A DNA stretch of 11,509 nucleotides from Candidatus Wolframiiraptor sinensis (GTDB taxonomy: Archaea; Thermoproteota; Nitrososphaeria_A; Caldarchaeales; Wolframiiraptoraceae): NCBI GenBank assembly GCA_023261815.1, contig JALNKA010000023.1, positions 1 to 11,509 of the forward strand. The letters are read 5' to 3'. Made by a program: the position numbers and the translations under genes. A model generated the notes under the pieces. It did no database searches. It worked only from the letters and a program-made list of their open reading frames with translations, and had not been told where the DNA came from. Below are positions 1 to 8,181 of the stretch, piece after piece. Each line of letters begins with the position of its first letter. Position 1 is the first letter of the stretch.

Positions 1-3
1 ATG

Positions 4-88
4 TGCGGGGGGTGGGATTTGAACCCACGAACCCCTACGGGACAGGAGCCTCAGTCCTGCGCCTTTGACCAGGCTTGGCTACCCCCGC
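4..88 (-). tRNA. tRNA-Leu(GAG), intron-less, CCA not encoded
   Basis: Reverse complement reads GCGGGGGTAGCCAAGCCTGGTCAAAGGCGCAGGACTGAGGCTCCTGTCCCGTAGGGGTTCGTGGGTTCAAATCCCACCCCCCGCA: acceptor stem GCGGGGG/CCCCCGC, anticodon arm CAGGA-CT-GAG-GC-TCCTG, long variable arm, T-arm GTGGG-TTCAAAT-CCCAC, discriminator A. Confidence 0.97.
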
Positions 89-113
89 CTCTGATGGTTT
101 TTCGCGTATCCGG

Positions 114-121
114 TATTTAAA
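114..121 (-). promoter_or_regulatory. TATA box of tRNA-Leu gene
   Basis: Minus strand TTTAAATA, 26-33 nt upstream of the mature tRNA 5' end; matches the archaeal TATA consensus. Confidence 0.7.
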
Positions 122-137
122 CCTAGGATGTCTTCTT

Positions 138-142
138 AAAAA
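138..142 (-). terminator. Possible oligo-T terminator after ala
   Basis: TTTTT on the minus strand about 20 nt after the ala stop codon. It could instead be part of a second TATA-like element (TTTTTAAG). Confidence 0.25.
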
Positions 143-161
143 TTGTGGAATCCTAGAGCGG

Positions 162-1154
162 CTATATCACGAGCTTCAGCCTTATTCCTGCTCCTTTCCT
201 GATCGCGTTCTCGTAGGCTATGTTTGCGACCGCGGCGTCCTGTATTGCTAAGCCTGTTGAGGAGAATATCGTGATCTCATGATCATCTTCTCTTCCTTTT
301 TTCAGGCCAGCCACTATCTCGCCCAGCTCCCCGTATATCTTGCCCCTGCCTATGATGCCCATGCTCAGCGGCACGTTTATCTCGCCGCCGTGAGTAGCCT
401 GCTCCACGTCGTCCACGACGATCTTCGATGCTCTCTTGAGTATCGTTGGGTCGAGCTCCTGCTTTCCCGGGGCATCAGCGCCGATGCAGTTGAAGTGCGT
501 TCCCTCTGATATCCACTCGCTCATCACTATGGGCCTTCTCGACGGCGTTGTGGTGATTATTACATCGGCATCCTTGACAGCCTCTTCGGCGGAGCTAGCG
601 GCATTAAGCGAGAGCCCGCCGGAGGCATGCTCTTCAACGAAGTCGAGGAAGGATCTGGCGGCCTCGGCCCTGATATCATAGGCTCTTATCTCCCTTATTC
701 CCGGGAGGACTCTCATTAGCCCGAGGAACTGCATTCTCGCCTGGGTTCCAGCGCCTATGAAAGCGGCGATCTTGGAGGTCTTCCTCGCGAGGTATTTCGC
801 CGCAACAGCTCCAGCAGCCCCAGTTCTAATCCCGGTTATCCATGTTCCCCCCATGACGGCCTTAGGGAAGCCCGTCTCCGGATCTATCAGCACTATCAGC
901 GCCATGACGGATGGCAGGCCTCTTCCAGGATTTCCGGGATGGGAGTTGACTATCTTCACGGATGATATCTTTGAGGTTCTGATGTAGCATGGCATGGCCC
1001 TCAGATCGCCATCCTCGTAGAACAGGTAAACTTTCGGTGGCATCTGGACGTTGCCGAGCGCCTTCTCCTTGAAAGCATCTTCTACAGCCTTTATCGCCTC
1101 ATCAATCGAGATCAATTTCCTCACATCTTCCTCAGGTAATAGGAGCGTATGCAT
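162..1154 (-). CDS. ala: Alanine dehydrogenase, archaeal type (ornithine cyclodeaminase/mu-crystallin family)
   Basis: 330 aa; motifs QMPPKVYL, GDLRAMP, VNSHPGNP, RTGAAG, Rossmann GAGTQA, IGADAPGKQELD, STGLAIQD, closely resembling Archaeoglobus fulgidus AlaDH as recalled; GGTGA SD at 1165-1169. Confidence 0.88.
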   Translation of the reverse strand: MHTLLLPEEDVRKLISIDEAIKAVEDAFKEKALGNVQMPPKVYLFYEDGDLRAMPCYIRTSKISSVKIVNSHPGNPGRGLPSVMALIVLIDPETGFPKAVMGGTWITGIRTGAAGAVAAKYLARKTSKIAAFIGAGTQARMQFLGLMRVLPGIREIRAYDIRAEAARSFLDFVEEHASGGLSLNAASSAEEAVKDADVIITTTPSRRPIVMSEWISEGTHFNCIGADAPGKQELDPTILKRASKIVVDDVEQATHGGEINVPLSMGIIGRGKIYGELGEIVAGLKKGREDDHEITIFSSTGLAIQDAAVANIAYENAIRKGAGIRLKLVI

Positions 1155-1183
1155 TCCGGAGGGGTCACCAGCGTATTAGAGAA

Positions 1184-2356
1184 TTATCTCGGAATATTAT
1201 TTGCATTTTTCTTTATCTTTTCTATTGCTCTCGGGATGTCCTCTAAGTCCCCCTCATCTGCTAGGAGGACGTATTGCGGAATCCATACTGCCTCATTATA
1301 TGATGCCCTCTCCGTGTTTGGTAGTGGTTTGCTGGGCGGGAGAAACGCGTAGCTGTATAGCGGCCTATACCCGGCACTGCATGGGATTCCCTCAGCGGAT
1401 AAGGCTTCGACGAATCTCTGCTTGGGGAGGTTTGAGAACTCCCGCGAATCATATTTGAAGATGTATAGGTGGTATGCGTGCCTCGTCACCCTATTATCGG
1501 GCTTTAATGGTGTTATGCCATCTATCTCGGAGAGGAGCTTGTCCAGGATCCTTGCGCCCCTCTCCCTCCTCTTCATCAGCTCGGGAGCTCTTTCGAGCTG
1601 GGCGATGAGCACAGCCGCCTGGAACTCTGTTATCCTGTAGTTCCAGCCGTAGAGTTTATGCTCGTACCACGGTCCCTTTCTGGGCCTGCCGACGTTTCTA
1701 AGCGACCAGGCTTTCTCGGCTATCTCGTCGTCATCCGTCGTTATGGCTCCGCCCTCCCCGCATGTTATGTTCTTCGATTGGTAGAAACTGAAGATCCCCG
1801 CATCGCCTATCGCGCCAACTCTTCTCCCCCTCCATTCCGCTCCATGAGCCTGGGCTGCGTCCTCGAGTATTAGCAGCGACTTCTCCTCTGCAAGCTCCCT
1901 CACCGCGTCCATGTCGGCTGGTCTCCCGGCGATGTGAACTGGGATTATCGCCTTCGTCCTCTCGCTCATGATGCTTCTCGCGAACTCAGGGTCTATCGTG
2001 TATGTGTCCGGGTCTATGTCCGCGTAAACTACCTTGAGACCCAGATCTATCGCGGATGTGGCGGTCGCGAGGAAAGTATATGCTGGGACTATCACCTCGT
2101 CTCCCGGCTTGAGGCCCATGGCCTTGAGCGCGATCTTGAGCGCTGCGGTTCCGCTCGAGCAGAGGAGCGCGTGCTTGGCTTGCTGGAACTCAGCGAATCT
2201 CTGCTCGAACTCCTCTTGAAATCTTCCGCCAACGCTCCATCTCCCGCTTCTCAGGGCCTCTAGCAGAAGCTCCTCCTCGCGCTTATCATGGATGGGCCAG
2301 CTCGGGTAGGGCTTCTTCCGAACCGGCTCTCCCCCGAGTATAGCCGGCAGCTCCAC
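1184..2356 (-). CDS. DegT/DnrJ/EryC1/StrS-family PLP-dependent aminotransferase (RifK/BtrR-like)
   Basis: 390 aa, GTG start; SGTAAL, GDEVIVPAYTFLAT, PVHIAG, EDAAQAHG, FSFYQSKNITCGEGG (PLP lysine), GWNYRITEFQAA. Confidence 0.92.
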   Translation of the reverse strand: MELPAILGGEPVRKKPYPSWPIHDKREEELLLEALRSGRWSVGGRFQEEFEQRFAEFQQAKHALLCSSGTAALKIALKAMGLKPGDEVIVPAYTFLATATSAIDLGLKVVYADIDPDTYTIDPEFARSIMSERTKAIIPVHIAGRPADMDAVRELAEEKSLLILEDAAQAHGAEWRGRRVGAIGDAGIFSFYQSKNITCGEGGAITTDDDEIAEKAWSLRNVGRPRKGPWYEHKLYGWNYRITEFQAAVLIAQLERAPELMKRRERGARILDKLLSEIDGITPLKPDNRVTRHAYHLYIFKYDSREFSNLPKQRFVEALSAEGIPCSAGYRPLYSYAFLPPSKPLPNTERASYNEAVWIPQYVLLADEGDLEDIPRAIEKIKKNANNIPR

Positions 2357-2398
2357 GGCTTCTCAGCTGATAGCGCTTGCCCCACGTGAAATAGATTT

Positions 2399-3244
2399 CT
2401 AGATCGAGCCCGCGATGAACGCTGCTAAGCCCAGGAGCATCCAGATGAGCGTCATGGATTTCACCCTTAGCGCCTCCTCTCTCGAATGTCTTCTCAATAT
2501 CCTATAAGCCGAGTAGATGAAGCCTGCATCAGCGGCCGCGACGAGCGGGATATAGATCCACGAGACGAGCTCCAGTAGGTAAGGGAGCGGGCTCACAGCA
2601 ACGGCTGCGATGTAGAGGGATGCGCCGAGCCTCGCCGCGGCCCGCGGCCCCCATATTCTCGCCACGGATCTGATTTTTCGAATGGAGTCCCCCTCGATGT
2701 CCGAGATCCCCTTAATCACTTCTCTTCCGAGATTTGATAGGAAGACCGGGAGTATGAATATGGCGAGCCTCGGAGAGATGTACCCATCCGAGAGTACCGA
2801 GCCGTAGATGAATGGAGCCGCGACGACAGCGCTCACGATCATGTTTCCGGGAAGCCCGCTCCTCTTCAGCCACGCATTATAGGCCAGGGATGACGCGTAT
2901 GCTAATGATGCGACTACCAGGCATTGGATCGAGGTTAGGGCCGAGGAGGCTAAGCCAGCGGCTCCGATGATCGCTGAAAAGGCCACGGCCTCTGAGGCCG
3001 AGATCGCTCCAGATGGTATGGGTCTCCAAGGTGCATTCACTTGATCCACCTCGCGGTCGAAGTAGTCATTGAAGCCCATTGAGCTTCCGCAGAGCCCATA
3101 CGCCGTTACGAGGGAGAGAATCAGCTTCTCGGGCTGGAAGAGCTTGCTCTCGGATAATACTATTCCTGCTATCACGGCTATGTACATGAGGATGGCGTTC
3201 GGGGGTCTCGTGAGCTTGATGAGGGCTCGCAGCTTCCTAGACAT
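2399..3244 (-). CDS. UbiA-family prenyltransferase, probable digeranylgeranylglyceryl phosphate (DGGGP) synthase
   Basis: 281 aa, multiple TM helices; RPPN, NDYFDREVDQVNAPWRPIPSG, YNAWLK..GLPGN and REVIKGISDIEGD motifs typical of archaeal DGGGP synthase. Confidence 0.85.
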   Translation of the reverse strand: MSRKLRALIKLTRPPNAILMYIAVIAGIVLSESKLFQPEKLILSLVTAYGLCGSSMGFNDYFDREVDQVNAPWRPIPSGAISASEAVAFSAIIGAAGLASSALTSIQCLVVASLAYASSLAYNAWLKRSGLPGNMIVSAVVAAPFIYGSVLSDGYISPRLAIFILPVFLSNLGREVIKGISDIEGDSIRKIRSVARIWGPRAAARLGASLYIAAVAVSPLPYLLELVSWIYIPLVAAADAGFIYSAYRILRRHSREEALRVKSMTLIWMLLGLAAFIAGSI

Positions 3245-3764
3245 TTCTCAGATCCACGATTGATGCCTTGTAGTATATGACTTCATTCCTCCGGTCGACG
3301 ACCGCTATGACCAGCTCCTTCCTCAGCTTCCTAGCGGCTGATAGCCACTCGATCATCTTCTCGACGGAGATGTTCTTGCCCTCCATGAGGGGCGCGATGA
3401 GGTATCTCGCCGGCTCCTCTCCATATTTTCCTCTCTCGAAGACCCTGAACCTGAGCTCCTTATTCACGCCATCCTTCACCACGTAGTTTCTCTCCCTCAA
3501 ATCCCTGTAAACAACGTAGTCTCTCCAGATGTTCTCGTCCAGCTGCTTCAGGGTTGCGAGAAGCCGATTGAAGTCCAGCCCCTCGCCCGAGCTCAGGATA
3601 ATCTTCATCCTACCGGTCTCGACGAGGTAGAGCGCCTCCGGATACGAGTAGACTATTAAGCCGCTGGCCTGATCCTCCGACCCATATCCCTTGGAGAGGA
3701 GCTTGATCGCCTCACCGCCTTTCTCGGTCTCGATCCTCGCATCCCTAAGCCTCGCCTCAATCAT
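3237..3764 (-). CDS. endA: tRNA-splicing endonuclease subunit, probably structural (beta, non-catalytic)
   Basis: 175 aa; EALYL, VYRDLRERNYVVK and RKELVIAVVD....YY motifs of EndA; catalytic Tyr and His positions appear replaced; overlaps the next gene by 8 nt. Confidence 0.85.
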   Translation of the reverse strand: MIEARLRDARIETEKGGEAIKLLSKGYGSEDQASGLIVYSYPEALYLVETGRMKIILSSGEGLDFNRLLATLKQLDENIWRDYVVYRDLRERNYVVKDGVNKELRFRVFERGKYGEEPARYLIAPLMEGKNISVEKMIEWLSAARKLRKELVIAVVDRRNEVIYYKASIVDLRNV

Positions 3765-3785
3765 TTCTCGAGTTCCTTCCCGCCC

Positions 3786-3804
3786 ATTAACATAAAGATA
3801 TTAA
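3786..3804. promoter_or_regulatory. AT-rich divergent promoter region (endA cluster / PLD gene)
   Basis: ATTAACATAAAGATATTAA is the only AT-rich patch in the short divergent intergenic region and has TATA-like readings on both strands. Confidence 0.5.
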
Positions 3805-3840
3805 GGCTCCTCCTCCGGGATCAGGGCGAGGGATGGTTGG

Positions 3841-4512
3841 GTGATGGCCAGGAGCTCCTCAATCGCGGCGCTCATAATCCTGTCCCTCATTCTCGGGCTT
3901 GCGGCAGGGTACACTCTCGGAGCCTCATCACCCGCGGCCACGATTTATGAGCGCGAGACCATCACACGCACAGTCACTGCGACCGAGCTCTCCACATACA
4001 CAATCACCGTGAGCAGCGTGAAGACCATAACAGTGTCCGGCCGTGTAGCTGAGGTGGCCGGCGCGGGAGCTGTTAAGGCGGTCTGCATAGCGAGGCTGAT
4101 GGATGGATGCGCGAGCCTGCTGATAGACCTCATAAGAAAGGCTAATGAGAGCATCCACGTCATGATGTACGGCTTCACGCTTGACGAGCTGGCGGATGCC
4201 CTGATAGGCGCGGCTGAAAGAGGCGTTGAGGTCAAAGTCTTGATCGAGTCCGAGAGCACAAGCTGGAAGGGGAGCAAGCACGAGAAGCTAATCGAGCGCG
4301 GCATAAGCCTCAAGCTCGACTCGAATCCCCATAAGATGCATCATAAGGTGATGATCATCGATGGAAGGATCGTGGTTACGGGTAGCTATAACTGGACATG
4401 GTCGGCCGAGAAGAATAATGACGAAAACGTGGTCGTGATAGATGATCCAACCATAGCATCGCTGTATGAGAAGGAGTTCCAGAGGCTTTGGAGCCAGGGG
4501 TTACCCGCGTGA
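3841..4512 (+). CDS. Membrane-anchored/secreted phospholipase D-superfamily protein, single HKD motif (Nuc-like)
   Basis: N-terminal hydrophobic helix, Thr-rich linker, then HHKVMIIDGRIVVTGSYNWT...NDEN (HxKx4Dx6GSxN). The start is GTG 3841 or ATG 3844. Confidence 0.88.
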   Translation: MMARSSSIAALIILSLILGLAAGYTLGASSPAATIYERETITRTVTATELSTYTITVSSVKTITVSGRVAEVAGAGAVKAVCIARLMDGCASLLIDLIRKANESIHVMMYGFTLDELADALIGAAERGVEVKVLIESESTSWKGSKHEKLIERGISLKLDSNPHKMHHKVMIIDGRIVVTGSYNWTWSAEKNNDENVVVIDDPTIASLYEKEFQRLWSQGLPA

Positions 4513-4565
4513 TGCGCCGAAACCTATATGGGTGGGCTAATGCTGGATCACAGCGCGTAATCTAG

Positions 4566-4572
4566 TTAAATA
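4566..4572 (+). promoter_or_regulatory. Candidate TATA box for leuS
   Basis: TTAAATA lies 20-26 nt before ATG codons at 4592/4598, compatible with a leaderless or short-leader transcript. An alternative BRE/TATA-like CGAAACCTATAT lies near 4518-4529. Confidence 0.4.
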
Positions 4573-4582
4573 CGGCTGGCGC

Positions 4583-7483
4583 GTGGTGTGCATGGATATG
4601 AGAGCGAGGTCCCCGATACCCTATGAGGAGAAGTGGGTTAAGAGGTGGTTGGGGGAGAGGGTCTTCGAGGCAGACCCGAGGCCGGGCGCTTCCAAGATCT
4701 TCATCTGCGTCCCGTATTCCTATCAGAATGCCCCGCTCCACGTCGGCCATGGATTCACCTACACGAGGGGTGACGCTTACGCGAGGTTCAAGCGGATGCA
4801 GGGCTATAATGTCCTCTTCCCGTGGGCTTGGCACTGGACCGGCGAGGCCGTTGCCGGAACATGCGAGAGGCTGAAGAGGGGAGATGAGGCCGTGAGGAGG
4901 ATGCTCGTCGAGATAGATGGCGTCCCGCAGGATCTCCTTGAGAAGTTCACGGACCCGGCCTATGTCACGAGATACTATACGGAGGAGAATCGCGAGGTCG
5001 TCAAGGCCATGGGATTCTCCGTGGACTGGAGGAGGGAATTCTACACAACGGACCTCCACCCATACTACAGTAGATTCATAGAGTGGCAGTACATCACGCT
5101 CAGGAACTTGGGATATGTCGCGAAGGGAAGACATCCGGTCGTCTGGTGCCCGAGATGCGAGAGCCCGACCGGAGACCACGATAGGCTCATCGGAGAAGGA
5201 GTCTCGCCGGAAGAATACACCCTCGTCTACTTCAAGCTCGAGGATCATGATGCATTTCTCGCGGCCGCGACCCTCAGGCCCGAGACCATCTTCGGCGTAA
5301 CCAACATCTGGATAAACCCAAGGAGCGAGTGCGTCTTGATTGAGGCTGATGGTAAGAGGCTGATAGTATCTAGGCAGGCCGCCGAGAAGCTCCAGCACCA
5401 GATAAAAGTTAAGATCATCGAGCTGGTGGATCCCGAGAAGCTAATCGGGAGATTTGCCGAGGCGCCGATAACGGGCATCAGGGTTCCGATATTCCCGGCC
5501 GATCTCGTCGATCCTGGCTTCGGCACAGGGGTGGTCTATAGCGTCCCAGCTCACGCGCCCTACGACTACGCAGGGATAATAGCGCTGAGGAGGAATGAGG
5601 AGAGGCTGAGAAGATACGGGTTAAGGGAGATCATCGAGAGCATTAAGCCGATCTCGATAATCAGGGTTCCGGGGTACGGCGACTACCCGGCGGTCGAGGA
5701 AGTTGAGAGGCTTGGAATAACATCGGACACGGATCCCCGGCTCGATGAGGCCACGAGAAACATCTACTCCAAGGAGTTTCACAGCGGGATTCTGAAGGAG
5801 AATTGCGGCGAGTATGCCGGCAAGAGCGTCGCCGAGGCCAGAGAACTCATGAAGCGGAGGCTGATCGAGCTCGGGCTCGGGGGAGTGATGTGGGAGCTCC
5901 CTGAGAAAGTCGTCTGCAGATGCGGAACCGAGACCGTTGTCAAGATAGTCGAGGATCAATGGTTCCTGAGATACTCGGATCCCGAGTGGAAGAGCAGGGT
6001 TAAGGAACACATAATGAGGATGAACATTTACCCCGAGGAGGCTAGGCAGTGGTTCCTGAACGTCGTTGACTGGCTTAGGGACTGGGCATGCGCTAGGAAG
6101 ACGGGACTCGGCACGAGGCTGCCATGGGATCCGAACTGGATCGTTGAAACTCTCAGCGATTCGACGATCTATCCGGCCCTCTACACGATAAGCAAATACC
6201 TTAATCTCGGGATCGTGAAGCCCGAGCAGCTGACATTCGATGTCCTGAACTACGTTTATCTGGGAGTTGGGGACCCAGCGGAGGTCGCGGCGAAGGCAGG
6301 CCTGAGCGAGGACATCCTGAAGCAGATGAGGGATGAGTTCCTATACTGGTATCCCGTTGACATGAGGATCTCGGCGAAGGAGCTTGTCCCGAATCACCTG
6401 ACGTTCTACATCTTTCAACATGTCGCGATATTCGAGCCGAGGCACTGGCCCAGGGGGATCGGCGTAAACGGCATGGTAAAGATCGAGGGAGAGAAGATGT
6501 CGAAGAGCAAGGGGAACTTCATACCGCTGAAGAGGGCGATCGAGATCTACGGGGCTGATGCGACGCGGATGACCCTGCTGCTCGCGGCGGAGGACTTGGA
6601 TGACCCGGACTGGAGGGATAAGAACGCAAGGGAGGCTATGAGGATGCTCGAGACGATACTCAGGATCTGCGAGCAGGTTGCATCATCTGAAGCGGCGGAG
6701 AGCGGTGAGGCCGATGCATGGCTCCTATCAATGCTCCAGCGCAGAATCGAGAGAATAACCTCGGCCATGGAGTCCCTGAAGACCAGAACAGCGGCATCAG
6801 AGGCGATCTACGGCCTCTACAACGACTGGAAATGGTATCTCAGGAGGAATGGCGGCCGGCTCGGCGGAGCGGCCAGAGCATTCATCGAGGTGTGGATCAG
6901 ACTCCTCGCGCCCTTCATACCATTCACGGCTGAGGAGGCTTGGAGCATTCTCGGCAAGAAGGGATTCGTCTCCCTGGAGAAGTGGCCGGAGCCCGATGAG
7001 AGGCTGATAAACGAGGTCGTGGAGCTGAAAGAGGAGCTCCTGACGAGGCTCATAGACGACGTTAGGAGCATAGTGGATGTTTATGGGAGGAGCCCGCGGC
7101 GCGTGGCGATATACCTCGCGACGCCGAGCAAGATCAGGATTCTCGAGAAGGCGATCGAGCTCCTCGATAGCAAGCCACGAAACCCGGTTGGAGAGCTGAT
7201 AAAATGGATCGTGGGTGAGAAGCTGATCGAGCCGAAGAAGGCGCCTACGGTGGCCAAGCTGATCTTCGACCTGATATCATCATACTCATCGAGGTATAGA
7301 AGGGAGTCCATACTGGAGGCGGCTAGAAGCGAGCAGGAGTTCTACGAGAGGTCTAGGAATTTTCTCGAGGAGGAGCTGGGCGCGGCCGTGGAGATCTACC
7401 GCGAGGACGCTGAGGGCATTTACGACCCGATGGGCAAGGCCTCAGCCGCCCTGCCACTAAGGCCCGGAATTTACGTCGAGTGA
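4583..7483 (+). CDS. leuS: Leucine--tRNA ligase, archaeal/eukaryal type
   Basis: 966 aa; HIGH (LHVGH), KMSKS, CP1 editing motifs ATLRPET and GTGVVYSVPAHAPYDY, LSDSTIY, NHLTF, C-terminal ALPLRPGIYVE. The true start is probably ATG 4592 or 4598. Confidence 0.97.
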   Translation: MVCMDMRARSPIPYEEKWVKRWLGERVFEADPRPGASKIFICVPYSYQNAPLHVGHGFTYTRGDAYARFKRMQGYNVLFPWAWHWTGEAVAGTCERLKRGDEAVRRMLVEIDGVPQDLLEKFTDPAYVTRYYTEENREVVKAMGFSVDWRREFYTTDLHPYYSRFIEWQYITLRNLGYVAKGRHPVVWCPRCESPTGDHDRLIGEGVSPEEYTLVYFKLEDHDAFLAAATLRPETIFGVTNIWINPRSECVLIEADGKRLIVSRQAAEKLQHQIKVKIIELVDPEKLIGRFAEAPITGIRVPIFPADLVDPGFGTGVVYSVPAHAPYDYAGIIALRRNEERLRRYGLREIIESIKPISIIRVPGYGDYPAVEEVERLGITSDTDPRLDEATRNIYSKEFHSGILKENCGEYAGKSVAEARELMKRRLIELGLGGVMWELPEKVVCRCGTETVVKIVEDQWFLRYSDPEWKSRVKEHIMRMNIYPEEARQWFLNVVDWLRDWACARKTGLGTRLPWDPNWIVETLSDSTIYPALYTISKYLNLGIVKPEQLTFDVLNYVYLGVGDPAEVAAKAGLSEDILKQMRDEFLYWYPVDMRISAKELVPNHLTFYIFQHVAIFEPRHWPRGIGVNGMVKIEGEKMSKSKGNFIPLKRAIEIYGADATRMTLLLAAEDLDDPDWRDKNAREAMRMLETILRICEQVASSEAAESGEADAWLLSMLQRRIERITSAMESLKTRTAASEAIYGLYNDWKWYLRRNGGRLGGAARAFIEVWIRLLAPFIPFTAEEAWSILGKKGFVSLEKWPEPDERLINEVVELKEELLTRLIDDVRSIVDVYGRSPRRVAIYLATPSKIRILEKAIELLDSKPRNPVGELIKWIVGEKLIEPKKAPTVAKLIFDLISSYSSRYRRESILEAARSEQEFYERSRNFLEEELGAAVEIYREDAEGIYDPMGKASAALPLRPGIYVE

Positions 7484-7486
7484 TCC

Positions 7487-8146
7487 ATGAGCGCTCAGCT
7501 TAGGCTGGATGTTTTGAAGGAGGCGAAAACCGATCTAAAATTCCTACTAGAGAGGGGTTATAGGAGGCGGTCAGCGCTCAAGCTCATTGGAGACAGATAT
7601 CAGCTGAGCAGGGCTGAGAGGTCGATACTCTATCGCTCGGTTATGACAGAGCAGGAGGCAAGCATCATAAGATCTAAGCATCTTAAGCTCGAGCAGCTTG
7701 AGAATGAGAAGGTGATCGTGGACGGCTTCAATGTGCTGAACACGATCGAGGCGATGCTGAGGGGCGAGCCCCTAATACTATGCGATGACGGCGTGTTGAG
7801 AGACATACTGGAGATGCACTCGAAGTATAAGCCATCGCAGTTAACGGCGAGAGCGCTCGGAGAGATTTTGGGTCTCTTGAAAAGAGCGGGGGTCGCAGAG
7901 ATCGAGGTGCTCTACGAATCGCAGATAAGCAGGAGCGGCGAGATTGCCGGGTTAACGAGGCGCATGTTATCGGAAATCGGCCTGCGAGGCGATGCCAGAA
8001 CCGCGAAGACCGTGGACTCTCTGCTGATCAAATCGAGCGAGATAGTCGCGACCAGTGACTCGGCGATACTCCTAAAATGCAGGGCATTCATAGACGTGCC
8101 GCAAAATCTCGCATCAATCATGGGCGCAAAGGTCATCATGTTGTGA
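7487..8146 (+). CDS. DUF434-family protein with predicted PIN/NYN-like nuclease domain
   Basis: 219 aa; DLKFLLERGY...GDRYQL...R N-terminal signature, IVDGFNVL, CDDGVLRD, VATSDSAIL; starts 3 nt after the leuS stop. Confidence 0.75.
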   Translation: MSAQLRLDVLKEAKTDLKFLLERGYRRRSALKLIGDRYQLSRAERSILYRSVMTEQEASIIRSKHLKLEQLENEKVIVDGFNVLNTIEAMLRGEPLILCDDGVLRDILEMHSKYKPSQLTARALGEILGLLKRAGVAEIEVLYESQISRSGEIAGLTRRMLSEIGLRGDARTAKTVDSLLIKSSEIVATSDSAILLKCRAFIDVPQNLASIMGAKVIML

Positions 8147-8181
8147 GCGCGCGAGCTGAAGCAACACCTGATCCGCCCATC

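Noticed and set aside
162-1154. Ornithine cyclodeaminase call
   Set aside because: The motifs match the archaeal alanine dehydrogenase branch of the family better.
279-3486. Numerous short plus-strand ORFs opposite the ala-endA cluster
   Set aside because: They are antisense to well-supported genes and have no recognisable motifs.
4562-5398. 278-aa antisense ORF (and other minus-strand ORFs) within leuS
   Set aside because: It overlaps a conserved essential gene almost entirely and has no recognisable motifs; it is a shadow ORF expected from GC-rich codon bias.
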